Shown: positions 36,743-49,001 of the stretch, piece by piece
How the letters are laid out: each line of letters starts with the position of its first letter
How positions within the stretch are numbered: position 1 is the stretch's first letter
Assembly (NCBI RefSeq): GCF_964204645.1
Contig: NC_134033.1
Span: forward strand, 4,674,231 to 4,738,230
DNA from: Tubulanus polymorphus
Lineage: Eukaryota > Animalia > Nemertea
Direction: 5' to 3'
Length of the DNA: 64,000 nucleotides
Position numbers and translations under genes: made by a program
Notes under the pieces: generated by a model
The model's input: only the letters and a program-made list of their open reading frames with translations
Told to the model about the DNA's origin: nothing
Databases searched by the model: none

Positions 36743-37143
36743 TTTAACAAAACTAATTGTTCTAACTCGTCTTTCGGGGAAGCTCCAGCTACGATTAAAT
36801 CCTGAGTTATGCAACAATGAGAAAGCTAGTAGTTTTCAGCACTAAACGTAGACGATTTTATTCTTTAGATTCTCAATCGAGTAGCTTGGGAATTTGCCTG
36901 CAAGATGTATCAGGCTCCAAGACTCGTCTCAAACTCAACTGCTGTTCATGGATTTACATTCTATTTATATAATACTATAAAAGTTGACAGACATGTTTGA
37001 GCACACAATTAATTACAAAACAAACTGTTATCACAGGTGTCGAATTGACAGATGTCTAACTGATTGTGTGAGTAATAATTAATTAATGGTGAATTAAAAC
37101 AACAGCGCGATTAAAAGTGTACATGTATATTATTTTTGCTAAA
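36743..37143 (-). repeat. 5' LTR
   Basis: On the minus strand it begins tttagcaaaa, ends ttttgttaaa and is followed by the PBS. Confidence 0.95.
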
Positions 37144-38242
37144 GAATATCATTATATCTATCTGTATCGATGTACCACTGACTACAGCGTTCGTGCCGAT
37201 AGTTCGGTTCCCCGCTGTCCCAGGGTAGGATTGCGATAGTGGTATTATCTGATCTCAAAAACCCACGGGCCGCGCATTGACCCGGAATTCGTCTGCAAAT
37301 CATATCCACCTAACATAGGTTTATAAACGACTTCTGAAAAAGAAATATAAATGTTAGAAATAATTGTGCACTCCATTTCAACCATTTTAAGGGTGGCGCC
37401 TTTTGACCCGGTAACTCAAAAGGATAACTGATATATGGTGTGAAAACTGAAGATACGGTATGGCAGTAACTAACCAGAGAAAATGGCCTAAGAGCTTCAG
37501 ATAATAGGTGATGGTTTAGACTCCACGATATTTCGCAATCCCACGTCTAAATCAACAACCTGGTATTATTACCAGAAAGTTCATTCAAACTCGTTTAATG
37601 ATAGGACTTCGGCTACAAAAATGTTCAAACTTTGTTTCTTATTTCTGTAGGGTTTAAAAGTTGAGCCGGCCGGCCACCCAATCTACCGTGCATCGCTTTT
37701 TTAATCATGATCAAACTAACAATAACAGACCCGACAGTTATAGAAATGACATCATTACAAATTTTATGGCAGTTTACAAAATTTACCCGGTCGATTAGAA
37801 GAAACAAGGTATGAATTTATTCTAGCTTTAAAATCTATCAATATGAAGTTAGACGTACCATTTTTGTCGATGAGATATTTCCTCAAGGCAGCCCTCGATT
37901 GTGAAGTGCGGGGTTCAGCAAGTATCCAACCGTGATAGGTACAGAAACTTGCCGCGTCTGTGACGGTCGCACTTTTATAAGCGTTACTGTTCCATCGGAA
38001 AACGTGATAGCAAATTCCATTCGCAACGAAAAATCCAAATCTACAAGATCCGTGTTCTACAAACAGAGGAATATATAATATATATATATATATATATATA
38101 CATATCCGATATTCTCAAAAAGACGATTTCAAATAGCCCGATTAACATGATTTATGCGAATATTCTAGAGCTTCTCTAGAGCTGGAATCATTTATTCACT
38201 TATGAATTAAAAATACGTTGTAAGATCTCGAGAAAAATACCT

Positions 38243-38530
38243 TTATCGTGTTTGTACTATGACAATTTTCGTTTTTCCTGATGCTCTGTATTTCACCAGC
38301 TCGTTGTCGAACAGGTAACATTCGTCGACGCCGTCAGATTTCGTCAAATCGACGTCGAAACCGCGACAATTCGACCCTTCGCTCAAACAGCGCAGCGCGC
38401 ATTCACCGCGCGACCCGACTGTCGACTTGTACGATTTTGCAGACGCGTCGACCGTCATCGTATAGAACTCTCGAAACTCGGACGCGACGCGGACTGTCAG
38501 ACAAATAAACGGGATGAATTTAGCGAACAT
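38243..38530 (-). CDS. Small secreted single PAN/apple-domain protein (95 aa)
   Basis: Signal-like MFAKFIPFICLTVRVAS followed by ECALRCLSEGSNCRGF...ECYLF. The ORF is intronless. Confidence 0.7.
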   Translation of the reverse strand: MFAKFIPFICLTVRVASEFREFYTMTVDASAKSYKSTVGSRGECALRCLSEGSNCRGFDVDLTKSDGVDECYLFDNELVKYRASGKTKIVIVQTR

Positions 38531-38769
38531 GTCGTGGAGAAAATGTGCTACACGTAACATAAGAACTGTTCTATGCATGGAACTAATCACCAGTTACAGA
38601 TTCCAGCTAAACCGCGTGCGGCATCCTGTGTGTGTCCAGATAATACGTAGTCAACCTCGCATAAATCGCTTCGATACAAGTAGCGAAATCGTTCGGTCGC
38701 ACGAATTAAGTCCCATTAGTTTCAAAACCTCTTTCAAATAGTGCTTTATGTATAAACCGCTATTTTATC

Positions 38770-40580
38770 TAGAGTCGCCATGTCAAAAATAAGACAGCAC
38801 GAAATGGCTTCGAAATGATGACTTAAAAAGTTCGTAGCCACTATAATCTACATGTAGCATAATTGTAATAAATCGTTGAATCTAATTCTGTTTCATGTAA
38901 TGAATTTCTATGTTCGTAATAAAACACTGATGTTCACTGGTACGAAAAACAAGCGCTTCTATTACGAGATTATATAAAATTGAGAGGAGACCTCAAAATA
39001 ACATGAAACGAGTGATTTGAATCATCAATTAAAAAACCGCGTCTTCTAAAAATATACCCAAGAAATATCGAAATCAAAACAAACAGCGCACTCCCGAAAT
39101 CAGCTCAAATATCAATAAAATAATTCAACCATATAAAACCAGAAATCTAGGTTCCACAGGAATAGGACCCGACCGAAACCGGCTGTCTGAACCTGAAACC
39201 AGTTGTACGTAAGTAAATGTCATTTGTATTTTATAAGAAGTAGAGTTTAACTCTCCAACTCTTCATCTTACTCAAATCACACTTAACTCACGAACTGTCA
39301 AACATTTCCAATCAAGTTCAATTGAAAATAAATGCAACTTTTCCTGTTAAAAAGTTCCACTTGAAATTACAACTGTGTTTTATATCAACAGCTGAAATTA
39401 TGTTCTAATTAAAGATCTATCAACTAACTATTCTAACCTAACCTATATATTCGGCCTACCCATTCAGGCTAGGGTTTGGGGGTAGGGAGGAGGATACTGA
39501 AATAGAGAGACATGTTATACAGGTCACACCGGAATTCTTCAGTCACTCTGTCATCATCATTCAACTTCATGTTCAATCTTCTGTGACTAGGGGGTCTTGT
39601 TCTTCTCACTGAAGAAGAACATACAGGCCGTACCTGAATCGGGCCATTCTGTTGTGTGCTGGGGGTGAAGACACGTACTCTGTGGCATAGTCTTCTGGGG
39701 TCTTGTCTCAGCGATGACCCTAAAATTGTCACGTTTATTTCAAGTAAAATATTTACATAAAAGGTGTTGTCTTATAAAACAATAAATTTGAAAAATCGGA
39801 AATTCTAAAAAAATAAAGTTAAAAACCTGAAAATAAAGAGGGACCCTGGAAAAAAAGAAGCATGAAATACAGGATCCTGAAATAAAGATATAAGTAATAA
39901 ACAAACTGCTATTTTTATCTGTAGATCCCGAGACCCACAGGACCCTGACGTTAATAGGACCCTCTTTATTGATTAACGCATTTGATTTAAGATTGTATTA
40001 ATATTCATGCACTCCTATAACTTAATCCCTCACCGAGTAAGTTCCTAAACAAACTTAACCTATAAAACATAATTTCAGCTGTTAATGTTTTTCGAACTTA
40101 CAGTTTATCCAATCCTGTGTGTTTAATGTATATCCAATATAATGATAATCCTTGAGTCAATTTGAATCCTTGTGTTTTGGATAACAGTTATAAATCCGGT
40201 AATCAGTTTGAGCGCGATTCCATTCCAACTAAATCCTGCGCAAGAAGACAATTCAAATTCCATTTAATTTCCAGTAACAGCTAAGTTTTTGAGAACAGTT
40301 TATCTTAAATTCGTTTCAGCGCGATTCCATACATGTTCACAAGAGGTGTATACTTTTTTACGGGAGACAGTCTGAGCACCTCTGTCCAGACTGGTAAACC
40401 ATATACCATCGCGACAACCCCTAGGTGTGAACAAATACAAGACACCCAGGTGTAATAATCTGTGCGAACGACAAGAATTTTCGAACACAATGAAGTTTCA
40501 TATTTCATATTATCTAACTATCGGGGTCACTGGTCATAATCCATCTCCGCTCTATAAACTGCGCGGCTCTACAGATATCA
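38770..40580 (+). mobile_element. Unclassified dispersed element of ~1.8 kb, copy A
   Basis: Colinear, with high visible similarity, to 54677-56510 along its whole length. Confidence 0.85.
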
Positions 40581-41070
40581 ATCAATTCTGAACTGCATGA
40601 AATATGTATCAATATAGTATGAATCAGATACTACAAATATCTAATAGCAGTTGATTTGATTTGAAAATCTAATAATCAAATTTGATGATGCCGCTCACAC
40701 CAGGTCGTGCTGACAAAACATTTTCATCTGTGATCGGACGCATAATTAGTTATACTCGTCGATGAGTTGCTAATTGGTACGAGATATGCATAATCTAAAC
40801 TGAATGAAACCGGTTTCGATGCGACCCGCGCGGCACGATAATTTTTATATACATTGATACCTAGTTTGAAGGGTTCTGTGCGAGTCGATGTGCACCACGT
40901 CATCGAAGTAAGTGTTTGAGCATGTGCATTTGTAGTTAGATATTAAGAGTTCTGCTTTCTCTGGAGCCACGCACTAACATAATTATAATAAATAATTATA
41001 TAAACTATAATAAGGTTTGTAGAGGAGCCTATGTTAACCTTCTGTCCAATCAACAAAACCTATAACACGA

Positions 41071-41175
41071 GACCCAGTTCAACAGTTCTGGTTAGGATTT
41101 GACTCAGAGTTACTCATTGAAAATTGATTATTTTTACTCTGAGTTAACAGTAACTCACATGTGGAAAACTGGATC
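41071..41175. repeat. Short palindromic MITE-like element
   Basis: Ends gacccagtt / aactggatc, with internal inverted actcagagt / actctgagt. Confidence 0.5.
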
Positions 41176-41339
41176 TAGAAGTCGCATTATGGGTTATTCA
41201 TACAGGGACTTCTTTATCTGATGAAGCTGCTTGAAGCTGCTATTGTTGCAAAAGCTCGTATCTAGATAAGACTAAAATACTGTCTGTCTTTTACATGTTA
41301 CTAAACGAACAAAAATGTTGTATGAAACTTGAAATCAAT

Positions 41340-41545
41340 AGTTATCTGACCAAATTTCTGCAGCGGATTTTCATACAGAAATATTCCACGAATTTCTCGT
41401 CCCGGTAAAAGATATATGTAGAAATTTACCACGAAGTTACACATTTGTAACTTTGCAAATTAGCCATAAAGAAATTCACTCATGTTCTTGTGAGATTTGG
41501 AAAAAAAGTGACAGTAGTGGATGGAACTGTAAATATTGCAAAGTA
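41340..41545 (-). pseudogene. TM6-TM7 and C-terminal fragment of the 30339-type GPCR family
   Basis: gcggattttcatacagaaa...tttctcgtccc...aaaagatatatgtagaaatttaccac matches 26938-27020. Confidence 0.8.
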
Positions 41546-42349
41546 AGCCGTACGGTTATTTCTAATTTAAACAGTTATTGCTAAAGACACTCAGCGTTTT
41601 GAGGCGTGACGCATCTGCTGATCATGCAGTATATCAATGACATTATTTGATGTTATTGCTCTGCTGGGTTTTACATGTTACATAATCAAAACGATACAAA
41701 TCAGTACAAATGATATTTGTGAACGCGGCCGAGCTTACAGATATATCCTGTTAAAATGCTGGTTTCGTGCATGATTTTGATTTTAAACTTCAGTTTTCTC
41801 ACTGGAACCAAACTACCGATAGGTAAGAGACGTATTGATTATTTGTGATCACGTTTACAGTATATTTCAATTCTTATATACAGTACAGTTTATGTATCCA
41901 ATCTCATCACATTTGAAATACAAATAAAACTGTTCTGATGAGAAACACGATTCTACAACTTACTAAAGAGACCTTATTTACAACTCTTATTCCGCCGTCT
42001 ACAGTAGACTGCCATCTGAATCTTACCAGATGGCAATAGTGAAGATGTCGAAACAAGAGTATGGAAATAACATAAGTCATATTGTGAGATTCAGGGTTCA
42101 ATGGCAGTATTTCAATGAAAAAGCATTCCTACAGAAATTTCGTTATTTGGGTCTCATTTATTCTCATGTATTGATGTGACTTTTTTCGAATTCGAAAAAT
42201 ATTTTCAAATAACTTTTCTAGACACGTGTGGACCTCGCCAGGCTCCGATGGAACATTATCGTGGAAAAGAGACAAGTTCCAGCTAGCACACAACGTCCAT
42301 ACAACATTCGGAAACGTTCGTGAAACTTTATAATGTAACGTTCAGGCAT

Positions 42350-42720
42350 CAGTCATCACCTAACTGTTGTATTGGGTGTCTACCAGTTAACCGTTCTGTG
42401 CAGTCATTACCTAGCTGTTGTATTGGGTGTCTACCAGTTAACCGTTCTGTGCAGTCATCACCTAACTGTTATGTAGGGTGTCTACCTGTCAACCGTCCTA
42501 TGCAGTCATCACCTAACTGTTGTATTGGGTGTCTGCCGGTTAACCGTTCTGTGCAGTAATTACCTAACTGTCGTATAGGGTGTCTACCTGTCGTCCGTCC
42601 TGTGCAGTCATCACCTAACTGTTATGTAGGGTGTCAGCTGTCAACCGTCCTGTGGAGTCGTCACCTAACTTGCGTGTAGGGTGTCATCTGTCAACCGTCA
42701 TTTAGAGTCATCACCCTAGT
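42350..42720. repeat. Minisatellite, 51-bp unit, about 7 copies
   Basis: Unit cagtcatcacctaactgttgtattgggtgtctaccagttaaccgttctgtg, with variants decaying toward the right. Confidence 0.92.
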
Positions 42721-43814
42721 ATGTAAGGCGTATTACTACGCTTTTACATTTCAGCTTGCGCATTAATTCCCCGATTTACTCCAAAAGTATATCTACACGT
42801 TGCACTACAATGTCGTATATCGGACTTGGGCCTGTACCCCTCACCCTGTTTAATCGAATATTCGGTTTAATCGCAGGGACTGTATGTAGTGAGTCTGACG
42901 AATTCTGAAAAGTGGCCACTTTCGGAAAAATTTATATCAGGCTCTGATTAGTGCTTAATTTTCAGGTAATACCTGGTAATGTTTGAAAAATTCCCATCGG
43001 ATTAAAGAATAAAACGCATTTAAAAGTTAGAAATTCCGTTGTTTTAATTTTTGCCGCAAAAACCTACTACGATTTTTCTAGCAAGGTCTATGGTTTGTAT
43101 GTTCATACTTCAATTATTACGTCAAATATGAGAAGATAAATTTATAATACAAATATTTAAATCTTAGTGGACCCATTATTTGTTATAAATTTTCAATAAT
43201 TGTTCGTATGAAATTATGATTAAATGTATTACCAAGTTTGTTCCCGGCGTTATTATGAAATTAACTTACATTACCGAGTTAGTAATGATAGACTAGGATA
43301 TTTTGAGGGGACATATTTTCCAGGACATTTTTTCTGGGGACATTTTTCCCATTGACATATTTTCCAGGACATTTCTTTTCGGAAGATTTTACCGTATACC
43401 AAATCCAACATTTGGCTTCCGTCGGATTTCTCGGTAAATGAACCAATCAGCGAACACAACAACAAATGCCTACTCGTCTGGAAGAAAATTGTCAGAATCA
43501 TCATCATCGATATCGATTTGTTTAAACTTATAAAACAGATTATTATCATATAAATGTATCAACTTCGAAATATCGATGATGCTTTGTTAAACGTACAAAT
43601 GTTTCGAGCGTTGAGGAACAGGTAACTATTTCTCCATTGAATCCATACGATGATTTACACACTTATAACGTAAAAGTATATAGAATTCAAGGTCATTCGA
43701 ATTGACGCACGAAAGAAGTCTGCGAGGACGTTTGGGAAATCTATATAACTTTCGAGATAGTTTCATAGTAATCAGCGAGCCGTAATTGAGAGTGAAGTCT
43801 GATTGGTCGACGCG

Positions 43815-44759
43815 ATGGCTGCAACTTCAGTTCATCGGAACCGCACGAATCCCACTAATATCTACACAAGCGTCGTACTCGCAGCGAGTACGATAAACGG
43901 AACCTATCTGTGGTGTTACCTCGTATTCGCCAGTCTTTGTTTCGTGCTCGGATTTGGCGGCAATCTCCTCATCTTAATAGTTATGCTGCGACGTAATCTA
44001 TGGCGACGTTCATTCAGTCGCATGTTCGTTCAGCTGGCCGTCTGCGACACATTGGTTCTCATCGGTTACTTCGCCAAATATATCAACGTTATATCATATG
44101 CATTTTATGGAAAATTACTGGTCAAACCGTCGACGCGAATTCAATGTATACTTTTTGAGTATTTTATATCGGTTGGACTTTCGAGCAGTCCGTGGACGCT
44201 GGTCCTCGTATCCGCCGAGCGAATGTGCGTCGTTTGTTTTCCGTTTAGAGGTCCTCGTTTCTGGAGCCCGAATACAGCGTCGAAACTCTGTTTCTCCGTA
44301 ATCTGCTTCATAGCGCTGATCTACAGTTTTCTATTTGTAACTATTGACGTTAGTGATAACGGTTGTACCTTTAAAGATGTGCTCACATTTACCAAGCCTT
44401 TGCTGTCGTCGATTCTCATCTCTATCGGCCCGTGTATTTTGTTAGCGATCACGTCCGCCATAACTTCCATCACGTTATTCAACAAAAGGGGAGACTCAGG
44501 AACAACCCGAGCATCTAAATACTCAAACCAGGTAACCGTGTTGGTTCTGGTACTGTGCGTTTTCTTCATGGTTACGACATTCCCCGCCACTTTAGTGAGC
44601 CCTTTCGTCGGGACTAATGCGGGATTAAAAAAAATTTTCACCGCCCTCACCGATATTCTAATGATAAACTTTTCGTTCAATCTCTACTTGTATCTGATGA
44701 CGGGAAAAGAGATCAGAAACGAATTGCGGAGTTTGTGCTTCGCAAAGAAACCGTCGTGA
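43815..44759 (+). CDS. Intronless class A GPCR, peptide-receptor-like
   Basis: GFGGN, LAVCD, SAERMCVVCFP, TTFP and INFSFNLYLYLMTGKEIR. First ATG at 43815; tatataa at ~43742. Confidence 0.9.
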   Translation: MAATSVHRNRTNPTNIYTSVVLAASTINGTYLWCYLVFASLCFVLGFGGNLLILIVMLRRNLWRRSFSRMFVQLAVCDTLVLIGYFAKYINVISYAFYGKLLVKPSTRIQCILFEYFISVGLSSSPWTLVLVSAERMCVVCFPFRGPRFWSPNTASKLCFSVICFIALIYSFLFVTIDVSDNGCTFKDVLTFTKPLLSSILISIGPCILLAITSAITSITLFNKRGDSGTTRASKYSNQVTVLVLVLCVFFMVTTFPATLVSPFVGTNAGLKKIFTALTDILMINFSFNLYLYLMTGKEIRNELRSLCFAKKPS

Positions 44760-45188
44760 ACGCGGCCACGAAATATAGCTGTAGACATATCCAAAATCGT
44801 ATAATACTCTTCACCCGGTGGCAAGACGGTCGTTATAAAAAATCGATTACCTCGCTGCAGTCTATATCAGCACCCACCCTGTCTTCCATTTAACTAATCT
44901 AATCATTTAGAAAATCTGCATCCGCTAAATTAGACTATTTTAACTCTCGGTCTTTCTTTCCTCGTTTCAAATTTATCTAATTAGTAAAAATGAATCCGTT
45001 CCAACTTTTTAATCATATGGAGATTTCAGAATTCGCCGACGACTACGAAAAAATTCCACTAGTTCATCGCCGTTGAACTCACCATTAAACTTAGTATCTA
45101 TCAATGAATTAGGAATGATATCTTGAATATTAGTTTAATCAGTATACCCCGAGGCACGTCTTATGTATAAGGATCACGTCTATATACA

Positions 45189-45275
45189 TTGTTGCTGCTG
45201 CTGTTGCTGCTGCCGCTGCTGTTGCTGCTGCTGGCTGCTGCTGCTGTTGTTGTTGTTGTTGTTGTTATTATCATT
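45189..45275. repeat. Compound (GCT)n/(GTT)n/(ATT)n microsatellite
   Basis: Directly visible in the sequence. Confidence 0.9.
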
Positions 45276-45537
45276 ATAACATGAACAGCTGCATCTTTCC
45301 TCTATTTCGTCAAGAAAATCACATCACAGAAGACATTGTTCCGTTCAAATTTCCGGGTAGTTGCGGTAGTTACCGGGTATTTAGGTAACACAAAACGTCT
45401 AACAGAAAAACGATTTTCACGAAACAAGCACTGCGTGATTTGTGAAAACATTAGAATAGAATCACCGGATATTATTTTTTTTAAATACCACAGGTTAAAG
45501 GTTTAGAAGCCGAACTTTCACCTCCTTCGATTACTGT

Positions 45538-45640
45538 TTAAGTACGGTTTATAATATAGGAACTCACAAGAGCTGTGAGTGTGTTTCCAAAACCATACAC
45601 AGATTTAAGTCGATGTAGAAGAATGTCGTCGAGAACAGTC
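45538..45640 (-). mobile_element. Tiny L2/CR1-type reverse transcriptase relic
   Basis: TVLDDILLHRLKSVYGFG...SSYIINRT resembles the segment following AFDTVDH in L2/CR1 reverse transcriptases. Confidence 0.45.
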
Positions 45641-45896
45641 GTAGTCACCAACGTTAATCCGTGTCGAAAACCGATCAACCGAATCGTATTTTCAGTGCTT
45701 ACTATAAATATCTCGTAATGTATACTATTTTGGGGAATTAAAGTCAAATCTATCGTACTCTACGTTGTCTGTTCTGTGGTGGTCGGTCGTCACCGTCGCC
45801 GCACAATTTGGAGTCGTTCCTATAGACAAATGTTATGATCAATCGTATCGTTAAGCGCACTGAAAGGGTTCATATATTACTTTGAAGATGATCAAG

Positions 45897-46730
45897 TAAA
45901 AAAGAGAGAAAGAGGGCTTATGGTGGTCAAGCAAAAAACATTTTGAGGTTTATTGCGAGTCAGTAACTCATAAACTAGTTTCCTTAGTTAAAAGCGATTT
46001 TTCGGAGATTAATTCCGATTTTGTAACCCGGAATAGACAAAATCACATTTATTTGAGAAAACTAGTTTATTCGTTATTCCCAGTTACTTACTCTGAATTA
46101 AACCTCTAAAATTGCATTTAGAAACAAGACAAGAGTAGAAAAGTCAATGAAGATGATCAGGAGGTTGAGAATATAAGTGATTTAGGAACAGTTGTAAAAG
46201 TTAAAGGTTATCGCAGAGGATGGGATTTGATTAGCTGAATTGCAAGGGTGTTGTTTTTCCACATAACTGAGGATGAACGTAATTACATCTCACACAATTT
46301 CACAACGACAAATTATGACAATTCAAAGTTATCACATGAGGTGTGGCCTATTGCACTGTGATATACACCTATGTGTTAGATAATTGATGAAATAATAATG
46401 CATGAATTTGAAAGGTTCAATTAAAACCAAGACCCTTTGGAACGCCCTGATCTCCGTGAAAAAATGCACAGATTCCCAGATCATTCTTTTCTCCAATTAG
46501 TATTTAGAAACGCCTTTGATACAAAATCCTTTACTCCTTCAGTAGAATAAACGCACTCAAACGCGCTGAACGAATAATAAGAACCCACTATCTACACGTT
46601 ACAATTTTTTTTTTTAATCGAGAATTTATCTAATCAAAAATTAAAAGAACACGACCTAGAATTCACCCTAGAGATCATCATGATCTCAAAGGCGAGATCG
46701 AAATGTGGCGTACTTTTGATTATTTTTCTA
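45897..46730. repeat. Dispersed repeat, copy 2; homologous to 19330-20600 with an internal deletion
   Basis: Same blocks in the same order, including a collapsed version of the gagatcatc...gagatcgaaa palindrome. Confidence 0.8.
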
Positions 46731-47925
46731 GAGGATTTTGTATTTAAAAGGACAGTGTACTTTTGCCTGTGAACGATTTTGATGCCAAACCGCATTGCAA
46801 GTATATATAATATTATCTCTAGAGCAATGGAGCATGAGCAATAAAATAACGAATTAACAACGGTTAGTTTAAAAAATCGAAAATCGAACAGTGTGAGTGC
46901 AGTGTATGTACCTGTCATTGACACTTCACCGGGAGGAGAAGAGTACCTTCAGTGTGGATGATTGGATTGAATGGTTAGGTCTATGTGACTTATTTGTTTT
47001 ACAATACAGTAAACCCCCAATATACCACCCTCAAATATCCTGTATTTCAAGTAATCATCTAATACATATTCCTATGCCTCACGTTGCACATCCAGGAAAA
47101 GTCGAATCTTTCTTTTTTATCTAACCGTGAAACCTTACAAATTTGTCAATGACCGTCGAATGTCTAATTTATGAAATATATTAAAATGCAGAATACCTGG
47201 ACATGGGCTGCCGGGATATTTTGTGCCCACATGAAGTGGGGGCAGTCAAAGTTGTTTGGGTAATCGGAGATCCACTAGATGACACTATTCAGAACTCGGG
47301 CTTATACAGAGCAAGTCGTCCAAAACACTTGTTCAATGCATCGAAATAAAATGCTGCCTTGCAAACAATGCTACCAGACCATAGGTCACTGACGTACTGG
47401 TCGGAGTGGTGACTAGGCAATTACTCTGTTTTATCGTTATTTTAATACAAAGAAACATTTCTGTGGATATGCTTATAAAAGCGGCACTTTCGGTGGAGAG
47501 AGGCGTGGCTACGGAAGAGGCGTGACACTACTATCAATCAGATTGATGTGTGACACGCAGCTGGCGTATCTCCCATCGTAAATAAAATCACCAGAAGATT
47601 CTTACCGCCGCAATTTGGTCCATGACAAACACTTTTACTGACGATATCGGATTATTTATAACGGATCGAGAACCAAAAACTTGCATTTTCGAAAGCTGAC
47701 TATTTCTATAAGAACGGGAATTTACATTGTGTGCTCTTTGCAGCGCCGTCATCGTAGAGTTTCTAATTGATTTCAAAACGGTGTATAAAAACTTTTTACC
47801 CAAGATCCGTCGTGAAGGAGCCGTGTGTGGATCGTGAATCACGCGAACAAGAAGAAAACACCAATCAATTAGTTGAACTTTGATGAGATATATTCACGAG
47901 TTAAAACAAATACGTCGATAAAGAA

Positions 47926-49001
47926 ATGAACTCGACTTCAAATTACGCGAATGAAACTTATCCCCAAGAACGACACCTCTATGGCGCGTCCTGCTACTTC
48001 TATTTTGTCTATCCAGTGGATTTGGTGAACACTATGAACCGGTCGATAAAGTGGGTACACATTGTTTGCACCTCGTTCTTTATTGTCTTCGGTCTGATGA
48101 CGAATGTCGTATCATTAATCGTTATGATGATGCCGAAAATGCGCAAGAGCTCGTTCGCGGTCTACCTGGCAGCTCTAGCCATAAGCGACGGCGGTAATTT
48201 GATACTGCACAGTATTTTCTGGATTAATTACATCAGCGCCCTTTCGGGTAGACCGTTGGTCATCGTGGTCTTTGGAGGGTTCGCAAAGAGCTTTATTTTG
48301 CCGCTTTGAGCAGTTGGTTAGTAACATTGATAAGTATTGAACGTTTTATCGTTGTCTGTTTTCCGATGTCAGCGTCGCGTTTGTGTCGCCGTGGATCGGC
48401 ACGTGGCGCCACCTGTTGCACGGTTCTAAGCGTCCTTTGCGTAGTGTTAATCGACGGTTCCCTGCGTCCATGGATGAACTACCACACCAGTTGTAGGATA
48501 CCCAATCGACGCCACGACTCACGCGCTTTAGGGACTCTAATGATGGGCTACCTGCCTTTTATCATTATAACGTTTTGTTGCGTGAGTATAGTCGCAGTTT
48601 TGAGACTCCGCAGTGCTAGAATGCCGATCGCCGCCGTCAAATTAACCAATAACAGAGTTACTCGTCTTATGCTTCTCGTAATGCTCGTTTTTCTCGTTCT
48701 GTTATTTCCTACTATAGTTTCTCTTACTCTAGTAACCGTGCTCCCACACTTACGAGAAGTTCTGCAATTGGTATCGAGTTCAATGTCCGTCATTCTTTCA
48801 GAAATAAGCTATTCAGTCAATTTCCTCATTTACGCATTGGCCAGTCGAAAGGTGAGGGAAGCGTTTGCTGAAAAGTTTCTTATTTGGTCGACAGATGGCA
48901 CTCGTAGCAACATCCGATTAAGGGATCGAATGAATAACAAAATTAAGTCCAAAGAGACAACGGACTCTCCTACACCCGCTATTAATGCTAGTGAACCTTA
49001 A
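47926..49001 (+). pseudogene. Class A GPCR with a frameshifting deletion at ECL1/TM3
   Basis: MNSTSNYANET...GLMTN...LAISD in one frame and LYFAALSSWLVTLISIERF...SYSVNFLIY in another. The break is at ~48265-48290 and the TM3 cysteine is missing. Confidence 0.82.

Larger units (their letters stand above)
34513..37143 (-). mobile_element. Complete non-autonomous LTR retroelement (2631 bp), recently inserted
   Basis: Identical 401-bp direct repeats and a GAAT TSD (34509-34512 and 37144-37147). The PBS tggtggagaa starts one base after the 5' LTR (from 36741) and the PPT gaaggatagtaaggaagga (34932-34914) abuts the 3' LTR. Single internal ORF, no pol motifs. Confidence 0.93.

Noticed and set aside
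39469-39732. ORF repeated at 55362-55637
   Set aside because: The similarity is explained by the dispersed repeat. The start is GTG and there is no recognisable domain, so it is not called as a CDS.
41215-41265. CTGATGA hammerhead-like motif
   Set aside because: The GAAA core is absent (gcaaaa) and the stems are poor.
42350-42720. CRISPR-like array
   Set aside because: The units are contiguous tandem repeats with no unique spacers, the context is eukaryotic, and there are no cas genes.
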